DNA of 64,000 nt from an uncultured Ignavibacteria bacterium. GTDB lineage: Bacteria; Bacteroidota; Ignavibacteria; Tepidaquicellales; OLB5. Under the pieces are notes generated by a model that worked only from the letters and a program-made list of their open reading frames with translations, was not told where the DNA came from and searched no databases. This document shows, piece after piece, positions 1 through 10,327 of the stretch (position 1 is its first letter; every line of letters begins with the position of its first letter). The DNA is taken from positions 580,334 to 644,333 of the forward strand of contig CAWFKW010000006.1 in assembly GCA_963816535.1 (NCBI GenBank). The letters are read 5' to 3'. A program made the position numbers and the translations under genes.

Positions 1-965
1 ACATAATTGATACAGGCGAAAAGGGGATTGCCGTCAGGCTTTCCAAAGTGGAAACATACGATGATATAGTTCCGCTCAGAAAAGAAGGCATCAGCGCGTG
101 GCTTTCGATTATGAGAGGCTGCGATAAATTCTGTTCGTTCTGCGTGGTTCCTTATACAAGAGGAAGAGAAAGAAGCCGCCCTTTACCCGGGGTCGTATCT
201 GAAGTTGCGCAATTGTGGCGCGACGGATTTAAAGAGGTTACCTTGCTTGGGCAGAATGTGAATTCTTATGCCAGCGATGGAGATGATTTTGCGGACCTGC
301 TGAGGGAGTGCGCAATAGCGGTTCCGGAAATCAGGATACGTTTCACAACCTCTCACCCGCAGGATATATCGATGAAGCTGATCGAGACAATTGCCGGATA
401 CGATAATTTATGCAATTACATACACTTACCTGTGCAAAGCGGCTCTAACAGAATTTTGGAACTCATGAAACGCAGTTATACTATTGAACACTATCTTGGT
501 ATTATTGATAAAATTAAAAGTATAATTCCGGATGTATCTTTATCAACCGACATCATAACAGGTTTTTGCACAGAAACCGATTCGGATCATCAGTTAACGC
601 TGGATATAATGCGTCAAGTTAAATATGACGGCGCCTACATGTTCAAATACTCGCCGCGCGAAAAGACCAAAGCATGGGAAATGAAAGATGATGTAGATGA
701 GGAAACAAAGACACAAAGGCTGATGGATATAGTGGAGCTGCAAAGAGTTATTTCGCACAAAAAGAACTCAGGGCTGGTAGGCAATGAATATGAGATTGTA
801 ATAGAGGGCCTGAGCAAAAAGTCAGATGCAATGCTTACAGGCAGAACGGATGGCAATAAATCGGTGATAATTCCAAAGAACGGAACATCTGTCGGTGAAA
901 GGGTAACTGTAAAAATTCTGAACGCCAACTCTGCAACTCTGTTTGGCGAAATAGTAAATAAGTAG
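1..965 (+). CDS. miaB: tRNA-2-methylthio-N6-dimethylallyladenosine synthase MiaB, C-terminal part (5' end lies outside the window)
   Basis: The frame is open to the window edge; codons from nt 3 read IIDTGEKGIAVRLSKVETY. Radical-SAM CxxxCxxC motif present (GCDKFCSFCVVPYTRGRERS). C-terminal TRAM-like segment present (VGERVTVKILNANSATLFGEIV). Confidence 0.85.
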   Translation, partial: IIDTGEKGIAVRLSKVETYDDIVPLRKEGISAWLSIMRGCDKFCSFCVVPYTRGRERSRPLPGVVSEVAQLWRDGFKEVTLLGQNVNSYASDGDDFADLLRECAIAVPEIRIRFTTSHPQDISMKLIETIAGYDNLCNYIHLPVQSGSNRILELMKRSYTIEHYLGIIDKIKSIIPDVSLSTDIITGFCTETDSDHQLTLDIMRQVKYDGAYMFKYSPREKTKAWEMKDDVDEETKTQRLMDIVELQRVISHKKNSGLVGNEYEIVIEGLSKKSDAMLTGRTDGNKSVIIPKNGTSVGERVTVKILNANSATLFGEIVNK

Positions 966-1011
966 TCCTTGCCCGTCCTAACCGGTCGACCCGCGTCTGC
1001 CGGGAGATGGG

Positions 1012-2163
1012 ATGAGGGAGACGACAAAAATGGAAAGCATAGCGGCAAATATATCAAGCGATTTACTGGGCGGGTCGATCCCGATAGTGGAGCTGCGGCA
1101 AATTATAAAGCAGGTGGCGCCAACCGACGTGACCGTTTTGATAACGGGGGAAAGCGGCGTAGGTAAAGAAGTTGTGGCTCACGAAATCCACAAACTTAGC
1201 AAACGCTCCGATAAGCCTTTTGTAACGGTAAACTGCGGGGCGATACCCGAAGGAATAATAGAAAGCGAGCTGTTTGGGCACCAGAAAGGATCGTTTACCG
1301 GAGCGACTGAGACCCGGAAAGGCTATTTTGAGGCGGCGGACGGCGGCACGATCTTCCTTGACGAAATAGGCGAGCTCCCGCTTGCTACGCAGGTAAAATT
1401 TCTAAGAGTTATAGAAAACGGCGAGTTTATGAAGGTCGGCGGCGCAAAGCCGGAAAAAGTAGACGTTAGAATTATCGCTGCAACCAACCGCAGCCTTGAA
1501 GACGAAATTGCGACAAGTTCATTCCGTGAAGACTTATATTACAGGCTTCGCTCAATTAATATTTTGATCCCGCCGCTGCGTGAAAGAAAAGAAGATATTG
1601 AAGTTCTGTTCAACCATTTCGTAAGCTCTTTCTGTTCAAAGAATAATATAGATTTTAAAGGCGTATCAGAAGACGCGATGGATTATATAATTAATTACAG
1701 TTGGCCCGGCAATGTTAGGCAGTTAAAGAATTTTACCGAGAGCCTGATAACCCTGAACGGCGATAAGAAGATCGAAGTTGAAGACGTAATAAGACATCTT
1801 AATATTCCTAAAAAGGAATCAACGCTTCCCGCTCCTGTTTCTGTATTCCAGGGACAGGATGATAAACATTTGTTATTTAGAGCGTTATATGAGTTGAAAA
1901 CCGATATCATGGATCTGAAGAGTAAAATAGATAATCTTGTACCGGCTGCTTCTTCAAAGCAGGATGAAGATGGCTTTCATATTCCGGACGGGAAGATAGA
2001 CAGCATTTCATACGATGAATTTGAGCAGGAGCTGCTCACTTATTATTGGAAAAGATATAACGGGAATATTAACCGGATTGCCGATAAGCTGAAAATAAGC
2101 AACAGGACCTTATACCGGAAATTCAAAAATTACGGATTGAAAAATGGCAAGTCGTATAATTAG
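1012..2163 (+). CDS. sigma-54-dependent transcriptional activator (bEBP) with no sensor or receiver domain
   Basis: AAA+ sigma-54 interaction domain: Walker A GESGVGKE, GAFTGA-type loop GSFTGA, Walker B FLDEIGEL. C-terminal Fis-type HTH (INRIADKLKISNRTLYRKFKNYG). Only about 35 aa precede the AAA+ core. Confidence 0.85.
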   Translation: MRETTKMESIAANISSDLLGGSIPIVELRQIIKQVAPTDVTVLITGESGVGKEVVAHEIHKLSKRSDKPFVTVNCGAIPEGIIESELFGHQKGSFTGATETRKGYFEAADGGTIFLDEIGELPLATQVKFLRVIENGEFMKVGGAKPEKVDVRIIAATNRSLEDEIATSSFREDLYYRLRSINILIPPLRERKEDIEVLFNHFVSSFCSKNNIDFKGVSEDAMDYIINYSWPGNVRQLKNFTESLITLNGDKKIEVEDVIRHLNIPKKESTLPAPVSVFQGQDDKHLLFRALYELKTDIMDLKSKIDNLVPAASSKQDEDGFHIPDGKIDSISYDEFEQELLTYYWKRYNGNINRIADKLKISNRTLYRKFKNYGLKNGKSYN

Positions 2164-2680
2164 AAACATAAATCTGCCTGCCATTTTAGTGCGCCTGGTT
2201 TTGTTTGCCGCAGTTATTGGCTTCAGTTCCTGTAACTACGGATTCAAAGGCTCTGCGCCGCCACAGGGTATTAAAACGATCTTCGTTCCGAATATCCCCG
2301 ACCAAAGCGGATTTGGGCTGGCTACATTAGGCGAAGACCTGACCCAGCTTTTGAAAACGAAGTTTATAAAAGATAATACCCTGGAGTACGCCGAAAAAAC
2401 ATCGGCTGACGGAATGGTAACATGCATTGTAACCAGCGTGAAAGACGACCCGCTGGTTGTATCAGGAGGCGAGACGGTTTCAAAAAGGAAAATAACCATC
2501 GTGGTTTCCGTAGAATTCCAGAACCTGAAAACAAAAAAAACCATCTGGAAGAAAGATTTTACAGACTGGGGAGATTACGACAGCTCAACAGGGGGATTTT
2601 CAAAGCGGGATGACGGCGTCAAAGTTGCCGAGGATAAGCTAACCGACGATATTCTGCTGGATGTTACATCGGACTGGTAA
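2144..2680 (+). CDS. LptE-like outer-membrane lipoprotein (tentative)
   Basis: Signal peptide with lipobox (AAVIGFSSC). About 180 aa. Overlaps the preceding bEBP gene. The miaB / bEBP / LptE order is known from Bacteroidota. No diagnostic motif is visible. Confidence 0.4.
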   Translation: MASRIIRNINLPAILVRLVLFAAVIGFSSCNYGFKGSAPPQGIKTIFVPNIPDQSGFGLATLGEDLTQLLKTKFIKDNTLEYAEKTSADGMVTCIVTSVKDDPLVVSGGETVSKRKITIVVSVEFQNLKTKKTIWKKDFTDWGDYDSSTGGFSKRDDGVKVAEDKLTDDILLDVTSDW

Positions 2681-2727
2681 TTGGCCGCGTCCGGATATTT
2701 GTAAATTTATTATTAAGGTAATTACAA

Positions 2728-4203
2728 TTGGAAAAGGTTATACTGTTCACTTATATTGGTTCTTTGATCATACTTTTTACGTTCGGTTCGCATGGTCTGA
2801 TAATGGTTTATTATTACCTGAAACACAGGCATACCAGGGACGATTTCAGCGGCGAACTTAAAGGTTTCCCGATGGTAACGCTTCAGCTTCCTATTTATAA
2901 CGAGATGTATGTTATTGAACGCCTTATAAATGCCGCCTGCGAAATTGACTATCCGATAGACAGGCTTGAGTTCCAGGTCCTGGACGACTCGAATGATGAA
3001 ACTGTAGCAATAGTAGATAACATAGTGAAAGAATATAAACTCCGCGGGTTTGATATAAGCCATATTCACCGGGATGACAGGACGGGTTACAAGGCGGGGG
3101 CGCTTAAGGAAGGGCTAAAGTCGGCCAAGGGGGAATTCGTTGGTATATTTGACGCTGATTTTATCCCGCGGAAAAATTTCCTGAAAATAGTTCTTCCGTT
3201 TTTCAACGACCCTAAAATAGGGATGGTACAGACTCGATGGGAGCATCTGAACCGCTCATATTCGCTCATAACTCAAATTCAGGCCCTTGCGCTGGACGGT
3301 CATTTTGTGATTGAGCAGCAGGTTAGGAACAAGGCAAATTTCTTCATTAATTTTAACGGCACAAGCGGCGTTTGGCGCAAGGAATGTATATTCGACGCAG
3401 GCAACTGGGAGGCTGATACTCTTACTGAGGATCTGGACTTATCTTACCGTGCACAGCTAAAAGGCTGGAAATTCAAATATTTAACCGATTTCACTACTCC
3501 TGCTGAAGTGCCCTCTGAAATCAATTCAGTTAAGACCCAGCAATTCAGATGGACAAAGGGCTCTATAGAAACAGCGAAGAAAATTCTTTTCCGCGTTTGG
3601 AAGGCCGATCTCCCGCTGAAACATAAGATCATCTCTACATTTCATCTTACAAACAATATCGTATTTCCGTTTATTCTTATGGCATGCCTGCTCAATATGC
3701 CTATCGTGCTGATAAAAAATACGGGTCATTACGATACATATTTCGCTTTCATGTCTGTTTTCGTAATAGCTTTTATCGGTTCATTCCTTTTCTACCTGTT
3801 CTCACAAAAGGACGTTTACGCCGACTGGCGCACCAGAGTGCTTCTGTTCCCTGTATTTATGGCAGGGAGCATGGGCTTCGCGATAAATAACACGAAAGCT
3901 GTGTTTGAGGCGCTGATAAATAAAAAATCGGAGTTTGTGAGAACGCCTAAGTACGGCATCTCAGGCGAAGGCGACCAGTGGAAAGACAAAAAATATGTTC
4001 ACAAAAAAATTAAATTATCTGTTATCTTCGAATCGTTACTTGCTTTGTACAGCCTTTCGGCCGTAATTGTATCTTTGGCCACTCTGCAGATATCGGCCAT
4101 TCCATTTCAGTTGATGTTCACATTCGGGTTCGGGCTGGTGGCGTATCTTTCTATAAAGCATGTGATAGTTTCTAACAGGATGGCAAAAGAATCAACTCCA
4201 TAG
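2728..4203 (+). CDS. family-2 glycosyltransferase, processive cellulose-synthase-like type, membrane-integrated
   Basis: D,D,D,QxxRW signature: DDSNDET, FDADF, TEDLDLSYR, QQFRWTKG. One N-terminal TM helix and several C-terminal TM helices. TTG start. Confidence 0.8.
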   Translation: MEKVILFTYIGSLIILFTFGSHGLIMVYYYLKHRHTRDDFSGELKGFPMVTLQLPIYNEMYVIERLINAACEIDYPIDRLEFQVLDDSNDETVAIVDNIVKEYKLRGFDISHIHRDDRTGYKAGALKEGLKSAKGEFVGIFDADFIPRKNFLKIVLPFFNDPKIGMVQTRWEHLNRSYSLITQIQALALDGHFVIEQQVRNKANFFINFNGTSGVWRKECIFDAGNWEADTLTEDLDLSYRAQLKGWKFKYLTDFTTPAEVPSEINSVKTQQFRWTKGSIETAKKILFRVWKADLPLKHKIISTFHLTNNIVFPFILMACLLNMPIVLIKNTGHYDTYFAFMSVFVIAFIGSFLFYLFSQKDVYADWRTRVLLFPVFMAGSMGFAINNTKAVFEALINKKSEFVRTPKYGISGEGDQWKDKKYVHKKIKLSVIFESLLALYSLSAVIVSLATLQISAIPFQLMFTFGFGLVAYLSIKHVIVSNRMAKESTP

Positions 4204-4206
4204 GTT

Positions 4207-4962
4207 TTGGTAGACAGCGACATAATAAGATATTTGATCTCCAAGTTTGAAGACAAAGTGAGGAATAATCCGCTCACTCCTGAATTTGTCAAGCTTGCCA
4301 ACTATTATCTTATCAACGGCAGCGTTACAGAGGCAATAGACCTTTTGCATGCCGGCCTGAAGTTTTACCCGAATTATGTGACGGCGAAGATACTGCTGGG
4401 CAAGTGCTACCTGGCAAATAAATATTTTATCGACGGAAAAAAGATATTCGAGCAGATACTTGCTGAAAATCCGGATATGGAAATAATAAGGAAGTATCTC
4501 GATATTGCGAACGACCTCACGAAGAATGAAGTTTCAAGAAAGCATGAGGATGACATTATTCCGAAACTGGATTTTAAGGCGCCGCCTTTTAACGATTATG
4601 AATTCAGTTATAATCTTTTCCCCAGTTACGAGATAGACGAAATAATAGGGGAGAACAAGATACTTGAAACAATAGGAGAGCTGAATGAATACAACGATTT
4701 TAAGAACATAGTCGAATCGCCGCATTACTTTAAGAAGGATATAGTCAAGCCATCGTTTGAAAAGAAGCGTCTTAAGAATAAGTTCGAAGTGAAGATAATC
4801 ACCGAAACGCTTGCTGATATATTCGCCAAACAGGGGAATTACTTTGACGCGATAGAGGCGTATTCGCATTTACTTAAAATAAAACCAGAAAGGCGCGAGG
4901 TTTTGGAAAGCAAGATAAGCGAAGTTGAAGTTCAGATAAACAAGCTGATAAACGATTTCTAA
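4207..4962 (+). CDS. TPR-repeat protein
   Basis: TPR-like helical repeats at both ends (LANYYLINGSVTEAIDLLHAGLKFYPNY; LADIFAKQGNYFDAIEAYSHLLKIKPE). TTG start 4 nt after the GT2 stop. Confidence 0.5.
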   Translation: MVDSDIIRYLISKFEDKVRNNPLTPEFVKLANYYLINGSVTEAIDLLHAGLKFYPNYVTAKILLGKCYLANKYFIDGKKIFEQILAENPDMEIIRKYLDIANDLTKNEVSRKHEDDIIPKLDFKAPPFNDYEFSYNLFPSYEIDEIIGENKILETIGELNEYNDFKNIVESPHYFKKDIVKPSFEKKRLKNKFEVKIITETLADIFAKQGNYFDAIEAYSHLLKIKPERREVLESKISEVEVQINKLINDF

Positions 4963-5363
4963 ATCTTTTCTTCCGGCAGCCCGGGCTTTACCTTTATAAT
5001 TTTCTCTCCATATATAACGACGCTTCCTGATTTAGCTCCCTTATACTTCTGAACATTTTTAGCCTGCGTATATGACACCGGCACATTGGCGGCATTCCTT
5101 GATTTGCTGTAATATGCTGCAATTGCGGCGGCTTGCCTGATAATCTCTTTTGGGTAGTCCACAACGCCTTCAGGCGCCTTTAATACAGTGTGCGAGCCGC
5201 TGGCGCCGCTTACATGGAACCATAGGTCGTTTTGCCTTGTGTATCGCATCGATAGCAGGTCGTTTGAGGCGCTGTCTTTGCCCACCCACACCTCGAAGCC
5301 GCCTTCCAGTTTATATATCCTGAATCGTTTTAGATTCCTATCTTCCTGCTCGTCATCCATCAA
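4959..5363 (-). CDS. NFACT-R / DUF814 domain protein
   Basis: Motif pattern typical of DUF814: FEVWVGKDSASNDLL ... DLWFHVSGASGSHTVLK. Confidence 0.65.
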   Translation of the reverse strand: MMDDEQEDRNLKRFRIYKLEGGFEVWVGKDSASNDLLSMRYTRQNDLWFHVSGASGSHTVLKAPEGVVDYPKEIIRQAAAIAAYYSKSRNAANVPVSYTQAKNVQKYKGAKSGSVVIYGEKIIKVKPGLPEEKI

Positions 5364-5451
5364 TACATAATTTTGTTATATTCAATAAATTATACAATTG
5401 AAAAAAGGATACTCTTTCTTAGGGGCGCTTACAGCGGGTGAATGATAGTAC

Positions 5452-5482
5452 GAAATAAAAAGGCTGTCCAAACAGACAGCCT
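5452..5482 (-). terminator. rho-independent terminator after atpG
   Basis: Stem AGGCTGTC (5461-5468) pairs with GACAGCCT (5475-5482) around a 6-nt loop. A T-rich run follows on the minus strand. Confidence 0.7.
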
Positions 5483-5507
5483 ATTACAAACCAAAAGCCG
5501 CATTAAA

Positions 5508-6395
5508 TTAATTTGATTCCTTCAAAGCCTCCGCGCCGCCTACTATTTCAAGAATTTCCTTTGTTATCGAAGCTTGTCTCGCCCTGTTGTACGATAACTG
5601 AAGCGTCTTCATAAGATCGTTTGCATTGGTTGTTGCCGAGTCCATTGCAGTCATCTGGGCCGCCTGTTCCGATGCATAAGATTCAAGCAGTATTCTCCAG
5701 ATCTGCGTCTTCAAAGTACGCGGAAGCAAGTGTTCGACAATTTCCTTGCTTGAAGGCTCGTAGATGTAATTTGATAATATGTTTTTTGCTCCTTCTTCCT
5801 TTGGGAAAGGGGGAATAGGCAATATCTGCTCTTCAACTATTTGAGACTGCGCTACGGACTTAAACTCATTATAAATTGCAATAACCTTATCGAATTTTTT
5901 ATCGCAATAACCGCTCATAAGCTCTGAAATTATATTCTGTGCGTGTATGAACTGCAGCTTGTCGAATATGTTGGTATACTTTGCAAAGAAATCGTAATGA
6001 CGTTTGCTGAAATGGTCAAAACCTTTTTTTCCGATTGTGACAAGCGTCATTTCTTTGGAGTTGTAAAAATCTGCGTGCGTAGTTCTAATCGTATTTTCAA
6101 CATGTTTAATAAGATTTGTGTTGAACGACCCGCAGAGGCCCCTGTCGCCGGTCACAATTATGATGCAGAGTTTCTTAATTTCCCTTTCCTTAAGAAGGGG
6201 ATTGTCAAAATCGTCGACGGTCGGAATGAGATTTCTAAGTATCTCATCTATCTTCCGGGCATAAGGTCTTGCGGCAACTACGTTCATTTGCGCCTTGCGG
6301 AATTTTACCGAAGCGACCATCTTCATCGCCCTGGTAATCTTCTCGATATTTCTTATGCTGCCTATACGGCTTTTTATTTCTCTGAGTGTCGCCAT
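5508..6395 (-). CDS. atpG: F1 ATP synthase gamma subunit
   Basis: N-terminus MATLREIKSRIGSIRNIEKITRAMKMVA and C-terminus RQASITKEILEIVGGAEAL are hallmark gamma sequences. Confidence 0.95.
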   Translation of the reverse strand: MATLREIKSRIGSIRNIEKITRAMKMVASVKFRKAQMNVVAARPYARKIDEILRNLIPTVDDFDNPLLKEREIKKLCIIIVTGDRGLCGSFNTNLIKHVENTIRTTHADFYNSKEMTLVTIGKKGFDHFSKRHYDFFAKYTNIFDKLQFIHAQNIISELMSGYCDKKFDKVIAIYNEFKSVAQSQIVEEQILPIPPFPKEEGAKNILSNYIYEPSSKEIVEHLLPRTLKTQIWRILLESYASEQAAQMTAMDSATTNANDLMKTLQLSYNRARQASITKEILEIVGGAEALKESN

Positions 6396-6442
6396 TTATG
6401 AATTTGTTGAACCGCGGAAAGCCGCGGCATAATCTGATTATC

Positions 6443-7960
6443 TTATTTTATTGAAACCTTAAAGCTTGAAGTAAAATGTTCCAGAACGTCTTTGAGCTTC
6501 GACGATGTATCGTCGCTCAGGTCGCCTGTGCTTGCAATGGCGCTGAGTATGTCTTTATATTTCATTTCCATAGTCTCAAGGAACTCTTTCTCAAACCTGG
6601 CTACATGTTCAACGGGTATCTCGTCGAGGTAACCGTTTGTACCCGCAAAAATGATAGCTACCTGCTTTTCAACCGGGTACGGACTGTATTGCCCCTGTTT
6701 CAGGATCTCAACAAGCCTGGCTCCTCTTCTTAGCTGCTGAAGAGTAGCTTTATCAAGGTCAGAACCGAATTTTGTGAATGCTTCAAGCGCGCGGTACTGC
6801 GCAAGATCAAGTCTTAAAGAGCCCGCGATCTTCTTCATAGCCTTCACCTGGGCGTTTCCGCCGACACGTGACACGGAAATTCCGACGTTTATAGCGGGCC
6901 TGATGCCCGAGTTAAACAAATTCGATTCAAGATAGATCTGGCCGTCAGTGATAGAGATGACATTAGTCGGAATATATGCTGATACGTCGCCCGCCTGCGT
7001 TTCTATAATTGGCAGGGCTGTCAGGCTTCCGCCGCCTAATTCGTTGCTGAGCTTAGAAGCTCTTTCCAGCAGCCTTGAATGCAGATAAAATACATCGCCG
7101 GGGTAAGCTTCGCGTCCCGGGGGCCTTCTGAGCAGCAAAGATACCTGCCTGTAGGCCGCCGCCTGTTTAGAAAGATCGTCATAGACGCAAAGCGCGTGCC
7201 TGCCCGAATCGCGGAAAAATTCGCCGAGCGTAGCGCCAGAGTACGGCGCCAAAAACTGCATCGGGGCGTCAGATGACGAGGCGAATATAACTGTTGTATA
7301 TTCCATCGCGCCTGATTCTTCAAGCTTTGCGACAACCTGCGCAACAGTAGATTCTTTCTGCCCAATAGCGACATACATGCAATAGACTCCCTGCCCCTTT
7401 TGATTAATAATAGCGTCTATTGCTACAGCCGTCTTTCCGGTTTGCCTGTCGCCAATTATGAGTTCTCTTTGTCCTCTACCTATGGGAATCATCGAGTCAA
7501 TAGCCTTCAAACCCGTTTGGAGCGGCTCTTTAACCATCTGCCTCTGTATAACGCCAAGAGCTTTTCTTTCTATAGGCAAAAACTCAGTTGTCTGGATCGG
7601 CCCCTTTCCGTCAATTGGCTGGCCGAGCGGGTTGATAACTCTGCCAAGCATGGCTTCGCCTACCGGCATCGAAGAAACTTTCCCGGTTCTTCTTGCCTGG
7701 TCGCCTTCTTTAACTTTCGTGTAATCGCCGAACAGCATACACCCGATATTATCTTCTTCAAGGTTCAGAGCCATCCCGAACACGTCGTTAGGAAACTCGA
7801 TCAGCTCGCTTAGCATACATTTTGTGAGGCCGTAAACGCGCGCCACACCGTCGCCTATCTGGACAACGGTTCCAACTTCGTATACGTCTATTTCTTTTTC
7901 GAAACCTGATAATTGTTTCCTTAGTATAGCCGATACTTCATCTGGTTTTACTTCTGCCAT
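6443..7960 (-). CDS. atpA: F1 ATP synthase alpha subunit
   Basis: Walker A GDRQTGKT. Also [22 protein letters not shown] and [26 protein letters not shown]. Confidence 0.97.
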   Translation of the reverse strand: MAEVKPDEVSAILRKQLSGFEKEIDVYEVGTVVQIGDGVARVYGLTKCMLSELIEFPNDVFGMALNLEEDNIGCMLFGDYTKVKEGDQARRTGKVSSMPVGEAMLGRVINPLGQPIDGKGPIQTTEFLPIERKALGVIQRQMVKEPLQTGLKAIDSMIPIGRGQRELIIGDRQTGKTAVAIDAIINQKGQGVYCMYVAIGQKESTVAQVVAKLEESGAMEYTTVIFASSSDAPMQFLAPYSGATLGEFFRDSGRHALCVYDDLSKQAAAYRQVSLLLRRPPGREAYPGDVFYLHSRLLERASKLSNELGGGSLTALPIIETQAGDVSAYIPTNVISITDGQIYLESNLFNSGIRPAINVGISVSRVGGNAQVKAMKKIAGSLRLDLAQYRALEAFTKFGSDLDKATLQQLRRGARLVEILKQGQYSPYPVEKQVAIIFAGTNGYLDEIPVEHVARFEKEFLETMEMKYKDILSAIASTGDLSDDTSSKLKDVLEHFTSSFKVSIK

Positions 7961-7973
7961 TTCTAATTATGAT

Positions 7974-8750
7974 TTATTTTAATTTATAATCTTTTTTCAG
8001 CTTTTGAATAAACTCTTTTTTATTGTCGCACTTGTACACTTTATTTATATACTCATACGCTTCGTCAATTCTATCGAGGTTGTAGTAATCTTCTGCTATT
8101 GCCGCAAGCAGGGCCTGAACCGGGCCGGATTCGGTTGAATACATATCCTCGCCGGGCTGCGGACATTTGAAACCGGGTTTCAGGTAATCGTCATTCAGCG
8201 ATTTCTTGAAATCGGCCATATCCTTTTCAACAAGCTTCGGGAATTTCTTTGTAATGTCTGTAAATTTGCCGTTCCTGTACCCGTAAATCAGCACAGGGAA
8301 CTGCGATCCCGCGAAACTTGTGAATGCATATGCAAACCTGACGTCATATCCGGTTAATTCCATTGAGCCGTCACCATCAATGTCTTTAATCTCAAATCCT
8401 GAATCACCCCACCAAATTGTATCTTTCACAATGTATTTGTCATTCTTAATTACCGCCGCCGTAATAAAATCGCAGCAATGCGCGCCGCCGGTAAAGTACT
8501 CAACAACCAGAATTTTCTCGCCCTTGCCTTCAAGGTCATAACTGTTAATCGATTCAACTCTTCCCCCGGCGCACGAATCGAATAAAATGTTCTTTCCGCC
8601 TTTTGAAATTGCCAGGCTTGAGCAATAATTCACCGTGTCGTAAACGGCCAGCACATTATATCCGTTATAGTTGTACTCTATTCTGTCTTCCTGCGCGTGC
8701 GCAGTGGTTAAAACAGAAAATACTATTGATATAAAGATTAAGTATTTCAA
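7974..8750 (-). CDS. exported protein of unknown function embedded in the atp operon
   Basis: Signal peptide MKYLIFISIVFSVLTTAHAQ. GGAHCC motif and FG-GAP/VCBS-like DIDGDG loop. The TTG start overlaps the atpH stop, and the stop lies 13 nt before the atpA start. Confidence 0.6.
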   Translation of the reverse strand: MKYLIFISIVFSVLTTAHAQEDRIEYNYNGYNVLAVYDTVNYCSSLAISKGGKNILFDSCAGGRVESINSYDLEGKGEKILVVEYFTGGAHCCDFITAAVIKNDKYIVKDTIWWGDSGFEIKDIDGDGSMELTGYDVRFAYAFTSFAGSQFPVLIYGYRNGKFTDITKKFPKLVEKDMADFKKSLNDDYLKPGFKCPQPGEDMYSTESGPVQALLAAIAEDYYNLDRIDEAYEYINKVYKCDNKKEFIQKLKKDYKLK

Positions 8751-9301
8751 TTCGATTTGAAGCTCCCCGACTTAAACTGTTCATAAAGTAATTCTAGCTG
8801 TCTTTTGATGCTGGCGTCAATTATTGTATCCTTTACGCGGGCTACAAATCCGCCCTTTATATCAGGGTCAACGCTGAAAGTCGCCTCCGTCTTCTTACCC
8901 GAAAATGTCTCAAGCTTACGGGAGATATCCTGCTTTTCGGTTTCTGAAATTTCAATAGCAGTTTTTATATTTGCAGCAACAACGCCCGTTTTCTCATTAA
9001 GCAAGTCCAGAAAATCGACGGATATATCATTAAGAAGGTTTTCCCTGCCCTTGCGGCAAAGTATCTGCAGGAACAGCAGGGTTATATCCGAGACTTTTCC
9101 CTCGAATAACGCTTTAATTGTCGATTCTTTTTTGCGTTCATTTATGAGCGGAGTAGACAGAAACAGCCTGAGGTCGCCTGAGCCTGTTATAGATTTTTCA
9201 ATATTAGAAAAATCTTCTTTCAGCTTATCCAGGGCGTTCTTTTCCAGCCCGATTTCGTACATGGCCAGCGTATATCTTCTTGCTACTTTCCTGTTTATCA
9301 T
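8747..9301 (-). CDS. atpH: F1 ATP synthase delta (OSCP) subunit
   Basis: Start RKVARRYTLAMYEIG, end GGFVARVKDTIIDASIKRQLE. Position between atpF and atpA. Confidence 0.9.
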   Translation of the reverse strand: MINRKVARRYTLAMYEIGLEKNALDKLKEDFSNIEKSITGSGDLRLFLSTPLINERKKESTIKALFEGKVSDITLLFLQILCRKGRENLLNDISVDFLDLLNEKTGVVAANIKTAIEISETEKQDISRKLETFSGKKTEATFSVDPDIKGGFVARVKDTIIDASIKRQLELLYEQFKSGSFKSN

Positions 9302-9316
9302 TTCTGCAGAAGCTCT

Positions 9317-9877
9317 CTAATTCTTCGGAATTTGATTTATGAAGTCATCAATAATCTTCTTTTGTTTATTCTGGTCCAGGTTCTCGTCGATTATCTTGCC
9401 GGCAGCCTGAACTGCAAGGCTTGCTACTTCGTCCTTTAATTCGTTTAGAGCCGCCACTTTTTCCCGCTCTATTTCAGCCTTGGCCTGCTGAATAACCTTT
9501 TGTGCGTCCTCGTTAGCCCTGGTGAGGAGGTCGTTTCTAACTTTGTCCGCCAGCTGTTTGCTTTCATTGAGGATCTTTCTCGATTCCTCGTCAGCGCTTG
9601 CCAGCAGTTTTTTATTCTGCTCAAGTATCTTTTCTGCTTCCTGTTTAAGGTATTCAGCCTTTTCAACCGAATCTTTTATGCCCTGTTCTCTATCGTGCAG
9701 AGATTTAAGCAGAGGGCCCCATGCGTATTTTTTCAGAATGATCACCAGGATTACGAATATGAGTATTGTCCATATCATGAGCCCCGGCTCGACCGAAAGC
9801 AATGTATCTTTCTTACCGCCCGGCTCGCTTGTCACAAGCAGCAGTATATTGTAGAAATAAGCTAAAAACAAATGCAT
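9317..9877 (-). CDS. atpF: Fo ATP synthase subunit b
   Basis: Single N-terminal TM (MIWTILIFVILVIILKKYAWGPL) followed by a long charged coiled coil. Operon position fits. The exact start is uncertain. Confidence 0.85.
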   Translation of the reverse strand: MHLFLAYFYNILLLVTSEPGGKKDTLLSVEPGLMIWTILIFVILVIILKKYAWGPLLKSLHDREQGIKDSVEKAEYLKQEAEKILEQNKKLLASADEESRKILNESKQLADKVRNDLLTRANEDAQKVIQQAKAEIEREKVAALNELKDEVASLAVQAAGKIIDENLDQNKQKKIIDDFINQIPKN

Positions 9878-10001
9878 AATAAACCTTTTGTTTACGAAAA
9901 ATGTAGTTATGCTATATCAATTTCGGGCGCTTCATTGCAAAAAGTATATTGATCGCCTGAAATCTTTCAAAAAGACTCGCCGAAAACTTATTATGCTAAG
10001 C

Positions 10002-10238
<237 letters not shown>

Positions 10239-10278
10239 TTAATTATTGATTTTTATTGTTTTAATTTTTCTAATTCTG

Positions 10279-10302
10279 GTTGTTGGTGATAACACCAACA
10301 AC
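10279..10302. repeat. REP-like hairpin GTTGTTGGTG-ATAA-CACCAACAAC, third copy of the dispersed element also at 51375-51398 and 51572-51595
   Basis: Perfect 10-bp stem. The flanks (…GGCGATAAATC) match the reverse complement of the 51.3-kb copies (TATTTCGCCGTTGTTGGTGTTATCACCAACAACCAAAATTA). Confidence 0.8.
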
Positions 10303-10327
10303 GGCGATAAATCTAAAATGTTTTTAA

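Noticed and set aside
969-1166. 65-aa ORF between miaB and the bEBP
   Set aside because: It overlaps the bEBP start out of frame. The peptide is Arg/Gly-rich and low-complexity, with no SD.
8805-9865. 171-, 121- and 110-aa plus-strand ORFs
   Set aside because: They are antisense shadows of atpH and atpF. They have no SD and low-complexity translations.
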